The translations under genes were made by a program, and so were the position numbers. From NCBI GenBank assembly GCA_965240325.2, contig OZ251255.1, positions 186,001-250,000 on the forward strand: a DNA stretch of 64,000 bases, in the 5' to 3' direction. Below the pieces are notes generated by a model. It saw only the letters and a list, made by a program, of their open reading frames with translations. It made no database searches and had not been told where the DNA came from. Shown piece after piece: positions 35,607 through 51,656 of the stretch. The first letter of the stretch is position 1. The number at the start of each line of letters is the position of its first letter. The DNA is from Rebecca billardiae RCC1528. Its lineage: Eukaryota > Protista > Haptophyta.

Positions 35607-36938
35607 CTAGCTATGCGCACCGTCGGCGAAGTCGAAGGCGGCAGCGGCCGGCACCAGCGCGCCCACCGGCAGCCGCGACGCCATCAGCGCGCTGTTGTCG
35701 GCGCACCGGCCGGGCTCTGCGGCGCAGCACTCTTTGAAGCTGCGCAGCTGGCTGAACGCACTGAGCTGCCGCCGGAACACGTCGAGCGCCGCGGCGTACA
35801 CCGCCGAGTCCTCCGGGTCCGGGGCGACGTCCCGCGTGTCGTACAGCCGCAGCGCAGGCGGCGGCGCGTCGGCCTGGCTGCCGTTGGCGCCCGGCGGTGG
35901 GCCGCGCGCCGTGGGCCTGTTGTTGGCGAACGCGCGCTCGGGCGGCGGGCTGCTCGGGGGGAGGTACATCGCATGCCAGAGGCAGACAGTCAGGCCCCAG
36001 CTCTCGAAGATGCCGACGAACGCGAAGCCGGTGCGCACGGCGGAGAGCGCGCGCTCCGCGTGCGCCGCCGTCAGCCGCTCCGCGCCGTGGCACCGGAGTC
36101 CGTTGAGCGTGCGCGTCATGCAGCCGCGCGCGCGGAACCATCTGGAATATTCCGCCAGCCCCAAGCTGCGCTCCTCCAGGAGCTGGCGCACGAGGCGCGC
36201 GCGCACCGTCGGCCCGTACCCCCAGTCGTCGCCGCAGCAGGAGCGATTCAGCGCCTGCGTCATCCAGGAGTACCCCGACGCGAGCAGCTGGTCCGGCGCG
36301 CGGAACACGCCCACCAGCTGCCCCAGGTCGGAGCGGGCCGTGTGCAGCGCGTGGTTGCCCTTTAGGCTGGGCGAGAAGAGGGCGCGCGGGCACAGGTAGT
36401 GGCGCGCGAGCAGCTGGCCGACGTGCCGCGGGCTCCACTCGCGCGAGAGCCCGTCCGGCCGGCGCAGCCCGTACATGCGCTCCAGCTGCTCGTGCCGCGT
36501 GCTGTTCCAGACGAGGAACATCTCGGAGGCGAGATCGCACGCGCTGTCGTGCTCGACTCCAAACACGTCCAGCGCGCGCCGGCTCTGCAGCGCGACGGCT
36601 GGGCACAGCCTGCGCGTGCCCAGCAGCTCGAGCGGCTCGATCGGCGAGCACAACCCGTCGAGCAGCGCGTACTGGAAGCTCGTGCCCGCCTTGGGGAAGT
36701 GGAGCCAGTGGAAGCGCGGGGCCCTGCGAGCGGTGCTCGCGCTCAGACCGGGGGCGAGGGGAGCACGTGCAGGGGGAGGAGCGCCCTTGGCAGGGCCATG
36801 GGGCCGCTGGCCTCTGCGCGCGGTGGCGGAGTCGCTCCAACACGCCGCAGCGAGGAGCAGTGTCGGCGTCGTCAGCGCCAGCCGATGACGCCTGCGCGGG
36901 CGACGACGACGGCGCCTCGCCGCATCTGCATCCGCCAT
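35607..36938 (-). CDS. Golgi-type carbohydrate sulfotransferase-like protein
   Basis: N-terminal hydrophobic anchor, a 5'-PSB-like motif WLHFPKAGTS, a 3'-PB-like motif VFRAPDQLLASGY, and FAFVGIFE. Confidence 0.8.
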   Translation of the reverse strand: MADADAARRRRRRPRRRHRLALTTPTLLLAAACWSDSATARRGQRPHGPAKGAPPPARAPLAPGLSASTARRAPRFHWLHFPKAGTSFQYALLDGLCSPIEPLELLGTRRLCPAVALQSRRALDVFGVEHDSACDLASEMFLVWNSTRHEQLERMYGLRRPDGLSREWSPRHVGQLLARHYLCPRALFSPSLKGNHALHTARSDLGQLVGVFRAPDQLLASGYSWMTQALNRSCCGDDWGYGPTVRARLVRQLLEERSLGLAEYSRWFRARGCMTRTLNGLRCHGAERLTAAHAERALSAVRTGFAFVGIFESWGLTVCLWHAMYLPPSSPPPERAFANNRPTARGPPPGANGSQADAPPPALRLYDTRDVAPDPEDSAVYAAALDVFRRQLSAFSQLRSFKECCAAEPGRCADNSALMASRLPVGALVPAAAAFDFADGAHS

Positions 36939-37141
36939 GGCAACTGTCCGTGTGTACAGTACGGAGGCGCGACGATCGACGGGCGCCGCGCCCGGCCGCG
37001 GCACAGATTTTTTTTGCATCAGGGAGCCAGGGATGCACAGCAGTTCTTCGTCCCGTGAATGAAGAAGAGCGGCTGACCCGACGGCTATGATACCAGTGAC
37101 GTAGTCGTGTCAGGCTGATCAACTCGCCAGGGCGGCTCTCG

Positions 37142-42240
<5,099 letters not shown>

Positions 42241-42551
42241 GCGCCCGACGCCGACTCCGCGTTGGGCGCGCCGCAGTCTCAAGGCGTGTCGTGGTCGTGC
42301 GGCGCTTGGCCGCAGGGCGATCACTGTCGGGGGCCGCGAAGCGCCCGGCAGAGTCCAAGACCGCCGCTTCGCGGATCCAGCTCTGAGTTGGTGTTCAGGC
42401 TGGCGCGTGTCATCTGAGCAGGGACCGATATAAACAGGGTGGGAGTACGAACAAGTATGGGTGCGGAGCCCCCACAAGGGAATGGGTTCGGCGCAAATAC
42501 ATATCATTGATGCAAGTGCGCGCCCACATCATCGCATTGACGAGCCAATTA

Positions 42552-44868
42552 GGGCCATTCTGGACCCGGCGGAAAAATTTCCGCCGAGGGTATTCGGGGT
42601 AAAAGCCCGTTTTTTCTTGCCGGCATAGCTATGCCGGCAAAAAGTAACGAGCGTTTGGAAAAAATCTCAACTCGACCCCCAGATGAGATTTTTGCCGTAT
42701 GTACTACTATGGAAATTGTAAGCTCTATCTGGCGACCTGTCCTTTGTGAAGCCGAAGTTGGGGGGTCGTCGGAACCCGCCCCGCGGTACTGGGCTGCCCC
42801 GGCCGGCGCCGATCATGGTGTCCCGCCGCCGCACCCGCCCCGCTGCCCCGTGAGCTGGAGCGCGCGGGTGGGAACGGTGCGATCGCGGGTCCACCTTCCC
42901 CCACACCAAGCGATGTGCTGCGATTCGCTTTCCTCCGTGGTCACCAAGCGCGCGCACGCTCCTGCTCTTGCGCCTCCGCGCCAAATGCGCAGATGTGCGA
43001 CCGCACGCGACAGCGTACGCTGACGCTGCATCAGGGCTTGAAGTACGCACTGGTACGGCATAATGCTCTGATTGCGCATACGCCGCGCTTTGCCCCCGCG
43101 CGCGTTACCGTCATCGTGACGTGCATGCGCATCCGGAGGCATCGAGGAGTGAATCGGCACGAGAGCATGATGTTCACCCTTTTCTTGCGGCGTCGCCAGA
43201 TGCCGTTCGCGGTGCCAGTGCGCGCGCCCACGTGCCCCGGCTTTTTGTTATCCACGCGCTACTCAGAAGCCTACGCCGCTTGGTGCTCCCCCTGCACGGG
43301 CATCAGCGTGCTGGCCTTCGTGCCACTCCCAAGGCCAGACGTGCGACTCAGATGGGGCGAATGCGCGACACGCCTTGTTTGTTACCTGTGATGGCATGTA
43401 CGTTGAGCACTCGACGTGCGGCTAGCGCGATTGGTGCTCATTAGGAGTCTTGCGGTGGAGAGCAGTCCAGAGCCTAAGTTGCCAGCGCTTACATCTACAC
43501 CACCCCTGATCGCGCGTGACAACTCTCAGCCTCAGGCTGTAAAATGTCATGCTGTGCACTCATGCCAGCTCATCTACTCAACGTCTCACGCCAAACGGCG
43601 TTTGGCCGCGACTGCGGCTCAGCGCTGGCGACTTTGCCCGGACGTGAGCAAACGTACATTCGCCCCCACAACCGCGCCGGCGCCATTCAAGATGCGCTCG
43701 TGCCGACCCACTGTCAGTGCTCTAGTAGCTCACTGAGGACGTGCTCGCGCTTTTCATGCCGACACCAGTGTGATGCATTGAGCTAGGCGCTCTTGTCACT
43801 CGCGCGCGCAAGAGCGAAGTGAGTACGTACAAGGCCTGGCCAGAGACAAGGGCGGTAAGGGCTGTCAACTCCGAGTGGCGCCGAGTGGCGGAGGTTGGGC
43901 GCCCCTCAACTCGTGCGGCCTCGCGGCGCAGCGGCTAAGTCTCCTGGGGCGCAGCCCTGGAGGGCGCGTGGGGTGCGCACGCCGCGTGCTCCTGCGGCCG
44001 CGGCAGCGGCCGCGGACACGGCGCGCGTGGTTGGTCGTATCATCTGGCGCGAGGCGGCATGACGCGCGCCCATCATACGTGAGCCTCGCCCCGGGCGCGC
44101 GCCCGACCCGCGCCGACCGCACCGCGCACCGCGCGCGCGCCGGCGGCTGGCGCGTGGCCACGGCTGGCTCTTGGTGCGGCGCGCGTGCGCGGCTGGCCTG
44201 AGGCGCGGCGAGGGCGCCGGCAAGCGCGGCGCGCGGCGTGAGAGGGTACTACGTGCTGTCTAGCAGGCGACCAACCACGCGCGCCGTGTCCGCGGCCGCT
44301 GCCGCGGCCGCAGGAGCACGCGGCGTGCGCTTCCCCACGCGCCCTCCAGGGCGGCGCCCCAGGAGACTTAGCCGCTGGGCCGCGAGGCCGCACGAGTTGA
44401 GGGGCCCAGAACCTCCGCCACTCGGCGCCACTGGGAATTGACAGCCCTTCCCGCCCTTGCCAGAGATCAGGTGTGGGAGCGCTGCACGCTGCTGCAAAGC
44501 CGTGCCTGGTGCCACATCTGCAAGTTGGCTGCCGTCCTCGCCGTGCTCGAGCACTTCGCCCAGCGCTAGCGCCCAGCGCGCAAGCACGCCCTTGACCCGC
44601 TCACACGCGCATGGCTCGCGCCGTGCGCCTCGCCGCTGCCCATCGCGACAGGTGTCTCCGGGCGGTGCGTGGGCGGCGCTTGCAGCACGGGCGATGGCTG
44701 ATGGCGTTCTGCGACGAGCCCCGTTGCGACATCGGTCCGCGTCCTATGAGCTCGCGTTCGATCTCGCGACCTGTAAGTCGTTTCGTACGCGAACCGTCGG
44801 CAAGAAAAAACGGGCTTTTACCCCGAATACCCTCGGCGGAAATTTTTCCGCCGGGTCCAGAATGGCCC
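42552..44868. mobile_element. Non-autonomous PIF/Harbinger-type (PHIS) DNA transposon, 2317 bp
   Basis: Perfect 71-bp TIRs at 42552-42622 and 44798-44868, with GGGCC...GGCCC ends. TTA is duplicated at 42549-42551 and 44869-44871. Confidence 0.9.
43847..44459. mobile_element. Nested 613-bp MITE with ~190-bp TIRs, CA..TG ends and 7-bp TSD (P-element-like signature)
   Basis: 43847-44037 is an imperfect inverted copy of 44268-44459. CCAGAGA flanks both sides (43840-43846 and 44460-44466). Confidence 0.88.
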
Positions 44869-45289
44869 TTAGTCGCTCAACACTTCTCCTCGAAGCGCCG
44901 AAAGATCTACGGGCGCTGACCTTTGCGCGGGAGGAAAATGAGCTCCGCCGGTAGCGAGCCGATGTTATTCCCCGGAGACCCTCCGGGGCGCCTGGTTTAA
45001 GCCCAACATCAAGGGCCAATCAAGCGCATGTGGGTAGTATACGTCGTCCATTGAGTGCTACCTTTCGTGGCCACTAAGTGGCATCTTCGCATGGATTTGG
45101 AGCAAGAACGCGATCTCGTGTATTGAGATTCGGCAGCTGCATGCTAAATCGGGACGGTGTAATGGATTTTGTGTGTGGAGGTCAACCGATTCCTAACCAC
45201 TTTTAGCCGCATCTGTCTGAGACAAGATTCGAGACTCTCTCCTCCCGGACTGACCCGGTGTGGCGAGCGGCTTGGGCGCGGCGGCAGGG

Positions 45290-46064
45290 ATGGCGTCGCG
45301 TGAGCTCGCCGCCACGGCGGCGGCCGTCGCCGCCGTCGCCGCCGTCGCCGCCGTCATCCGCGCGCGCGGGCGACGGCGGCTCGGCCTCTTCCGCCCCCGC
45401 CACCACCCGCCGCCGCGCCTCATCCTCCACTTCGACGTGAACGAAACAGTACTCCTCTCCGACCCGGCGGGTGGGGATACTTACGAGGACTCGCTCAACA
45501 AAATCGTGGCCAAGGCGGCGCTGGTGCGCGCGGTGCCCGGGAGGCCGACGCCGCGCGACGGCGCGCCGCTCGCCGAGCTGCTCGCCGCGTACACCTGGGC
45601 CGACGGCTCGCCGCTCGACCCCCGCGCGCGCGCGCGCGGCGCGGCCCCGCCGCCACTCTTCTTCGGCTTCCGAGTGCCCGACGGCTGCGCGCTGTTCTAC
45701 GCGGTGCCGGCGCTCAAGGCGCGGTTCGCCAAGACGTTCTGCGTAGACGCGGCGTCGCCGGGCATCGTCTTCGCCCCGCTCTACGCCAAGCTCCGCGCCG
45801 CCGTGGCCTGGCCGCCCGCGGGCGCGGCCGACCGCGCCGCGGCCGGCGGCGACGCGGCCACGGCGCCGCTGCGCACGGCGGACGGCGCGCACCAGCTGGT
45901 GCTGCCCGCGCTGTTCCACACGATCAGCGAGCTGGCCGCGCGCGGGCGCGAGGTCGTCCTCGTCGTCCGCACCTTCGGCACCGACCTCGACGCCGTCTGC
46001 GCCGCGCTCTCCGCCTACGCGGCCGGCCACCACCCGCTGTTTGCACCGCCGGCGCCGGCGCCGA

Positions 46065-46095
<31 letters not shown>

Positions 46096-46981
46096 GCCGA
46101 CGCCACCGACGACCACGGCGGCGGCTGCGGCGGCGGTGGCAACGCTTCTGCCGCCGAGGATGACGACGACGACGACGAGGCCCCGGCGCGGCGCGCCGCC
46201 GCCGCCGCGGCCGTGCGTGCCACAGGCGACGCTGCCGCCCGACCGGCTGCTGAGCGCGAGATACACATCTCCCCTCGGGCCGCGCTCGCCGACGGACGCG
46301 CGCGGCGCAAAGGCGGCGCCGGCCGCGACGGCGGCGGCGGCCGCGGTCGCGGCGGCGGTGTCTGCGGGCGTGCCCGGCGCCGTCTCGCCCTTCGCGCTCA
46401 CCCGCCGCGCGGACGGCACCTGCCTCGCGGACGAGCGCGAGTTCGCGCAGATGCTGCGCGCGCAGCCGGCGCGGCCGATTCTGATCTACGGCGTCTCCGA
46501 CGACTACGGCGCGTGGGCGGAGTCCGGCTGCCGCCCGGACTGGGGCAAGCCGCTCTGGCTCACGGCGGACGACGAGGGCGCGCACGCCATCTTCTTCGAC
46601 GACAACATCAAGGACGACGCCCTCGACTCCATCGTCGCCGTGCGCGCGCGCCCGAGCGCTCACCCGGAGAGCGCCGACGCGGCGCCGCCGTCGCCGCGCG
46701 GCGCGGGCGCGGGCGCGGCTGCGCAGGCGTGGGCGTCCGAGCGGCCGTTCCGCCCGCTCTCGGGCGAGGCGACGCGCGCGCTGCACGGCATCGCCCTCGT
46801 GCGCGTGCCCACCGTGCAGCCCGTGCTCAACCCGAACTGGTTCGTCGAGCAGATCGACGAAGCCGAGGCGCGGCTCGCGGCCGCGCGCGCCGCCGCGCGC
46901 GCCGCCGGCTTTGGGTCCGACTGGATCCGATGGGCCACCGCCGCGGCGGACGCGCGCGGCGGGCGCGGCGCGGGCGCGTGA
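45290..46981 (+). CDS. HAD-like conserved hypothetical protein
   Basis: LILHFDVNETVLLSD (motif I-like), LVVRTFGTDL (motif II-like) and HAIFFDDNI (motif IV-like). Confidence 0.75.
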
Positions 46982-47566
46982 GCGCGGCGGGGTGGCGGCG
47001 GGGTCGGCCTCGGGCAGTCGGCACTGCTTCGCCTCATAGGAGCCGCGACGAGCGCCGCTCGGCCCGCCCCGGCGGATTCGCCGCGGCCCCGCCATCATCT
47101 GATCATGATGCCCAGGGACGCCCGCGGATCCGATGGCGCAACACTCATCGTCAATACGACCGAACAGCGTACTCCGCCGCCGTAGTTTTAGGCGGGGGTA
47201 GTACGGTGGCAATGCTGTAGTCTGACAGTCTGTCAAGGGCCGGATTATATCAGCCTTCGAGCATATGTAGTCCGTTTCGGGCGCGCGGCACTTCGGGCGC
47301 GCGCGCCGCCCGGGTCGCGGGCCTGTCGGGCTGTGCCGTGCGATCAGCGCCGCCTGGATAGTGGATGGCACTTGGCAGTGGCACGACTGAGTGGCCTCGG
47401 AGCCTCAGCAGCGCTGTCATCAGCAGCAACATGCACGACGGTACGACACGTCACGACGCGTATATACTGATGACTATAGCCGATCAGCGCGACTACGGCA
47501 CCCACGGCACACGGTCCGGTCCGCAGGGCGGCGGCCGTCAGTCGTAACTCGCGGCGCGCGGCTTAT

Positions 47567-49261
47567 TTATTCGCCGCCACCACTCACCGCCAGTCGCATC
47601 AGCGCGGACAGACGTCGCCGCCTCCGCCGCTTCTGCTGGCCCGCCGCCTGCCGAGCGCCCTCCCGCCTCCGCGACGGCGCGCGCGCCTTGGCGCTCTGCC
47701 CCTTTCCCAATGCGCGCAGCGCCTTCTTCTCCTCTGGGCTGATGGGGCGCGCGGCGTTCCACTCGGCCGAACGGACGTCCGGCGGCGGCGGGCCGTCTGC
47801 TGGGCAGGCCTGCGCCAGCATCGCCTCGAGCGTGCCGCCGCTCGTCTGCCACGCGCTCGCGCCAGACGTGTACTTGGAGCCTGAGTTGTGGAAAGCAAGG
47901 AGCGCGCGCAGCCGGCCGCGCTCGCACGGCAGCAGCTTCCGGACCAGGCTGAAGTTCTTGGCCGGCGGGGCGCGCGTATACGGGCACCGCTGTGCGTGCA
48001 GCCAGCAGCCGCCAAAGTACTCCTTCATCATGATGTTGTGCGTGTACGATGGGCGCACGCCCGCCCACGCCGCGACGAGCAGCTCGCGCGGCAGCACCCA
48101 CGACGCGGCGAACGGGTTGCGCGGCTCCCAGTACGTCCGCGCCACGCCCGCCGCGCCGCCGCTGCCACCTGCTGCCGCCGCTGCTGCGCCGACAGGGTCG
48201 ATGCGCACGCGCGCGTGCACGCCCATCGCCGGCCGCCAGTTGAGGTCGTTGGGCGCGATCGCGTCGAAGGGCACGTCGTTCATCCGCGCGGCGCGCCCGT
48301 CCACCACGCCGTCCGGACCGGTCCGGTTGCGCGGGTCGTTGAGCGCTTCGTGCCCCGCCGCCGCCTCCCACCTGACTAAACCGGGGAGCAGCCCGTGGCC
48401 CAGCACAGCTGTCTTGCCAGTGCCGTCGCCGCCCAGCTGGCGGTCGAGGGTGGCGAGCTCGGCCTGCAGCTCGAGCAGCGTGCTCGGCGTCCAGCCCAGG
48501 TCGTCCTCGACGTACGCGAAGTGCGAGAAGCGCAGCCGGTTCCGCCACACGACCTCAACGTGCATGCCGGTGAGGCGGTCGCCCACCGACCGCGGGTGGT
48601 ACCGCACCGCCGCTTGGAAGGGCGACGAGCGGCGCGCGCAGCCGAGCGGCGTGCACGGCGGGTCGGCGGCGCCGGCCGCTTCGGGCGCAGCACCACGGCC
48701 GCCGCCGCCGCCGCCACCACCCGACGCGCAGCGCAGCACACGCTCCCAATAGCTGCCCTCCGGCAGCTTCGCCGCGTCCACGTGCAGAGCCGCCGCCTGC
48801 CCCGCGGCACAGAGCCCAGCGACAGACTCCAAAAGGATCGCGCGCGCAGCTGCCTTCCCGCCGCCGTACGCGGCGGTGAGGACGAGCCAGCTCGGGCCGT
48901 CCGAGGCGGGTGGCGCGCTGAACTCGGGCACGTCCGTGTGCCCGTGGTGCACGCTCAGCACCACGCCCTCGCCCGAGCCGCCGCTGCCGGCGGCAGCGGC
49001 AGTGGCATTCCTGCCCGCCGATGCCGCGCTCGCCGGCGCCGCGGCACCGGGCACACCTCGCCGCGCAGCGTCCGGCCGCGCGAGATCACCCGCGTCCGCT
49101 TTGATCAGCGACAGCTCCGCCACCTCCGGCGGGCGCAGCTGCGTGCGGGAACCACCGCGCTCCGATCCGTCCTGCCGCTCAGACGAGTTCGCAGCGAGGG
49201 CGGCGGCGCCGAGGAGGAGTCCGGCGAGGAGTAGCGTGAGCAGCACGGTGCTCGCCCCCAT
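47567..49261 (-). CDS. Secreted or type II membrane glycosyltransferase-like protein, paralog A
   Basis: N-terminal hydrophobic segment and FSHFAYVEDDL (GT-A-like acidic motif); highly similar to paralog B. Confidence 0.65.
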   Translation of the reverse strand: MGASTVLLTLLLAGLLLGAAALAANSSERQDGSERGGSRTQLRPPEVAELSLIKADAGDLARPDAARRGVPGAAAPASAASAGRNATAAAAGSGGSGEGVVLSVHHGHTDVPEFSAPPASDGPSWLVLTAAYGGGKAAARAILLESVAGLCAAGQAAALHVDAAKLPEGSYWERVLRCASGGGGGGGGRGAAPEAAGAADPPCTPLGCARRSSPFQAAVRYHPRSVGDRLTGMHVEVVWRNRLRFSHFAYVEDDLGWTPSTLLELQAELATLDRQLGGDGTGKTAVLGHGLLPGLVRWEAAAGHEALNDPRNRTGPDGVVDGRAARMNDVPFDAIAPNDLNWRPAMGVHARVRIDPVGAAAAAAGGSGGAAGVARTYWEPRNPFAASWVLPRELLVAAWAGVRPSYTHNIMMKEYFGGCWLHAQRCPYTRAPPAKNFSLVRKLLPCERGRLRALLAFHNSGSKYTSGASAWQTSGGTLEAMLAQACPADGPPPPDVRSAEWNAARPISPEEKKALRALGKGQSAKARAPSRRREGARQAAGQQKRRRRRRLSALMRLAVSGGGE

Positions 49262-49319
49262 GATGATTACAGTTGACTAAGAATAAGAGACGCACACAGC
49301 TCAGGCAGGCGAGATTACG

Positions 49320-49359
49320 TACAGTTTACTATGTTTTAATAACGTGCACACTTGGTTAA
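49320..49359 (-). mobile_element. Putative right terminal inverted repeat plus TTAA
   Basis: TACAGTTTACTATGTTTTAATAACGTGCACACTTGG|TTAA, the inverse of 5631..5667. Confidence 0.6.
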
Positions 49360-49614
49360 CAGTAGGTGGCTTATCATACATTCATACCCCCATACTGACG
49401 ACATTTTTGCCGCGCGTCGTGTACTGCTCTTCTTGCAGCGCTAAATATACCTGACGGAGCTCACGCCCATTATGATATACGAAACACCGGCACCGGATGG
49501 TCATGAAAGCGCCGCGACGGCTTATCGCGCCATGATTCGCGGGTACATTGATTGGTGACAGTGCGCGGGGCTGCGCAGCCTGCTCCCAGTGCGCGCCGCC
49601 GCGGGTGCAGGCTG

Positions 49615-51315
49615 TCACGCGGCCGTCGCGGCCACCATCGCGGCGAGTCGCCTCCGCCGCCTGCGCGCCCTCCGCGCGCGCGCCTTGCCGCCCTGCCCCT
49701 TCCCCGATCGGCGCGCGCGCCACTGCCGCCAGCGCGCCGCGCGCAGCGCCTTCTTCGCCTCTGGGCGCAGGTGGCGCGTGCCGTTCCACTGAGCCGAGCG
49801 CACGTCCGGCGGCGGCGGGCCGTCTGCTGGGCAGGCCTGCGCCAGCATCGCCTCGAGCGTGCCGCCGACCGAGTACCGCGCGCCGTCGCCCAGCGTGTAC
49901 TTCGAGCCCGAGTTGTGCAGCGCGAGCAGCGCGCGCAGCCGGCCGCGCTCGCACGGCAGCAGCTTCCGGACCAGGCTGAAGTTCTTGGGCGGCGGGCCGT
50001 ACGCAAACGGCTGTGCGTAAAGCCAGCAGCCGCCAAAGTATTCTTTAATCATCTTGTTGTGCGTGAAAGACGGGCGCGCACCCGCCCACGCCGCGACGAG
50101 CAGCTCGCGCGGCAGCACCCACGACGCGGCGAACGGGTTGCGCGGCTCCCAGTACGTCCGCGCCACGCCCGCCGCACCGCCACCGCTGCCGCCTGCCGCC
50201 GCCGCTGCTGCGCCGACAGGGTCGATGCGCACGCGCGAGCGCACGCCCATCGCCGGCCGCCAGTTGAGGTCGTTGGGCGCGATCGCGTCGAAGGGCACGT
50301 CGTTCATCCGCGCGGCGCGCCCGTCCACCACGCCGTCCGGACCGGTCCGGTTGCGCGGGTCGTTGAGCGCTTCGTGCCCCGCCGCCGCCTCCCACCTGAC
50401 TAAACCGGGGAGCAGCCCGTGGCCCAGCACAGCTGTCTTGCCAGTGCCGTCGCCGCCCAGCTGGCGGTCGAGGGTGGCGAGCTCGGCCTGCAGCGCGAGC
50501 AGCGTGCTCGGCGTCCAGCCCAGGTCGTCCTCGACGTACGCGAAGTGCGAGAAGCGCAGCCGGTTCCGCCACACCACCCGGACGTGCATGCCGGTGAGGA
50601 AATCTCCCACCGATCTCGGGTGGTACCGGATGGCCGCTTGGAAGGGCGACGAGCGGCGCGCGCAGCCGAGCGGCGTGCACGGCGGGTCGGCGGCGCCGGC
50701 CGCTTCGGGCGCAGCACCACGGCCGCCGCCGCCCGACGCGCAGCGCACCGCGCGCTCCCAGTAGCTGCCCTCCGGCAGATTCGCCGCGTCCACGTGCAGA
50801 GCCGCCGCCTGCCCCGCGGCACAGAGCCCGGCGAGAGATTCGAAAAAGATCGCCCGCACCGCCTCGCGCCCGCCGCCGTACGCGGCAGTGAGGACGAGCC
50901 AGCTCGGGCCGTCCGAGGCGGGCGGCGCGCTGAAATCGGGCACGTCCTTGTGCCCGTGGTGCACGCTCAGCACCACGCGCCCGCCCGAGCCGCCGCTGCC
51001 GGCGGCGGCGGCGGTGGCAGCGCTGCTCGGCGCGCCGCCCGCCGGCGCCGCGCTCGCCGGTGCCGCGCTCGCCGGCGCCGCGGCACCGGGCACGCCACGC
51101 CGCGCAGCGGCCGGGCGCGAGAATCCCGCGAGCGCCAGATCACCCGCGTCCAGCTCGATCGGCGACAGCTCCGCCACCTCCGGCGGGCGCAGCTGCGCGC
51201 GGAAGCCGCCGCGCGTCAAGCCGACCAGCCGCTCAGACGAGTGCGCGGCGAGGGCGGCGGCGGAGAGGAGCAGTCCGGCGAGGAGCAGCGTGAGCAGCGC
51301 GGTGCTCGCCGCCAT
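49615..51315 (-). CDS. Secreted or type II membrane glycosyltransferase-like protein, paralog B (alternative ATG at 51408)
   Basis: Tandem paralog of 47567..49261 with the same YVEDDL motif. Confidence 0.65.
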   Translation of the reverse strand: MAASTALLTLLLAGLLLSAAALAAHSSERLVGLTRGGFRAQLRPPEVAELSPIELDAGDLALAGFSRPAAARRGVPGAAAPASAAPASAAPAGGAPSSAATAAAAGSGGSGGRVVLSVHHGHKDVPDFSAPPASDGPSWLVLTAAYGGGREAVRAIFFESLAGLCAAGQAAALHVDAANLPEGSYWERAVRCASGGGGRGAAPEAAGAADPPCTPLGCARRSSPFQAAIRYHPRSVGDFLTGMHVRVVWRNRLRFSHFAYVEDDLGWTPSTLLALQAELATLDRQLGGDGTGKTAVLGHGLLPGLVRWEAAAGHEALNDPRNRTGPDGVVDGRAARMNDVPFDAIAPNDLNWRPAMGVRSRVRIDPVGAAAAAAGGSGGGAAGVARTYWEPRNPFAASWVLPRELLVAAWAGARPSFTHNKMIKEYFGGCWLYAQPFAYGPPPKNFSLVRKLLPCERGRLRALLALHNSGSKYTLGDGARYSVGGTLEAMLAQACPADGPPPPDVRSAQWNGTRHLRPEAKKALRAARWRQWRARRSGKGQGGKARARRARRRRRRLAAMVAATAA

Positions 51316-51656
51316 GTCCGAGGCCGGCGGCCCCGCGCCGGGCAGCGGCGGCGCGCGCCGGCCCGGCTCGGCGCCGTCGTCGTCATCGTCGAACGCCCCG
51401 GGGTCCATCCTGCGGCGGCCCCTCGCGATCAAGAATGGCCGCACGCACAGTCGTGCGTGTTTGCGCTTGATTCTGGCGGATGAAACGTTTCGTTTTGATG
51501 CGCGCGCATTATTGATTGGTAATATTATCACAGTCGTCGGCGGGCGGGCGTGTGGGCATCGAGGCGGCGGGACCTTCGAGCACGACTGCCGGCGAGGGCC
51601 TAGCACTGTCCCTCCCCCGCGCACCGACACGCACGCGGCCCACACGCCCGCGCGCC

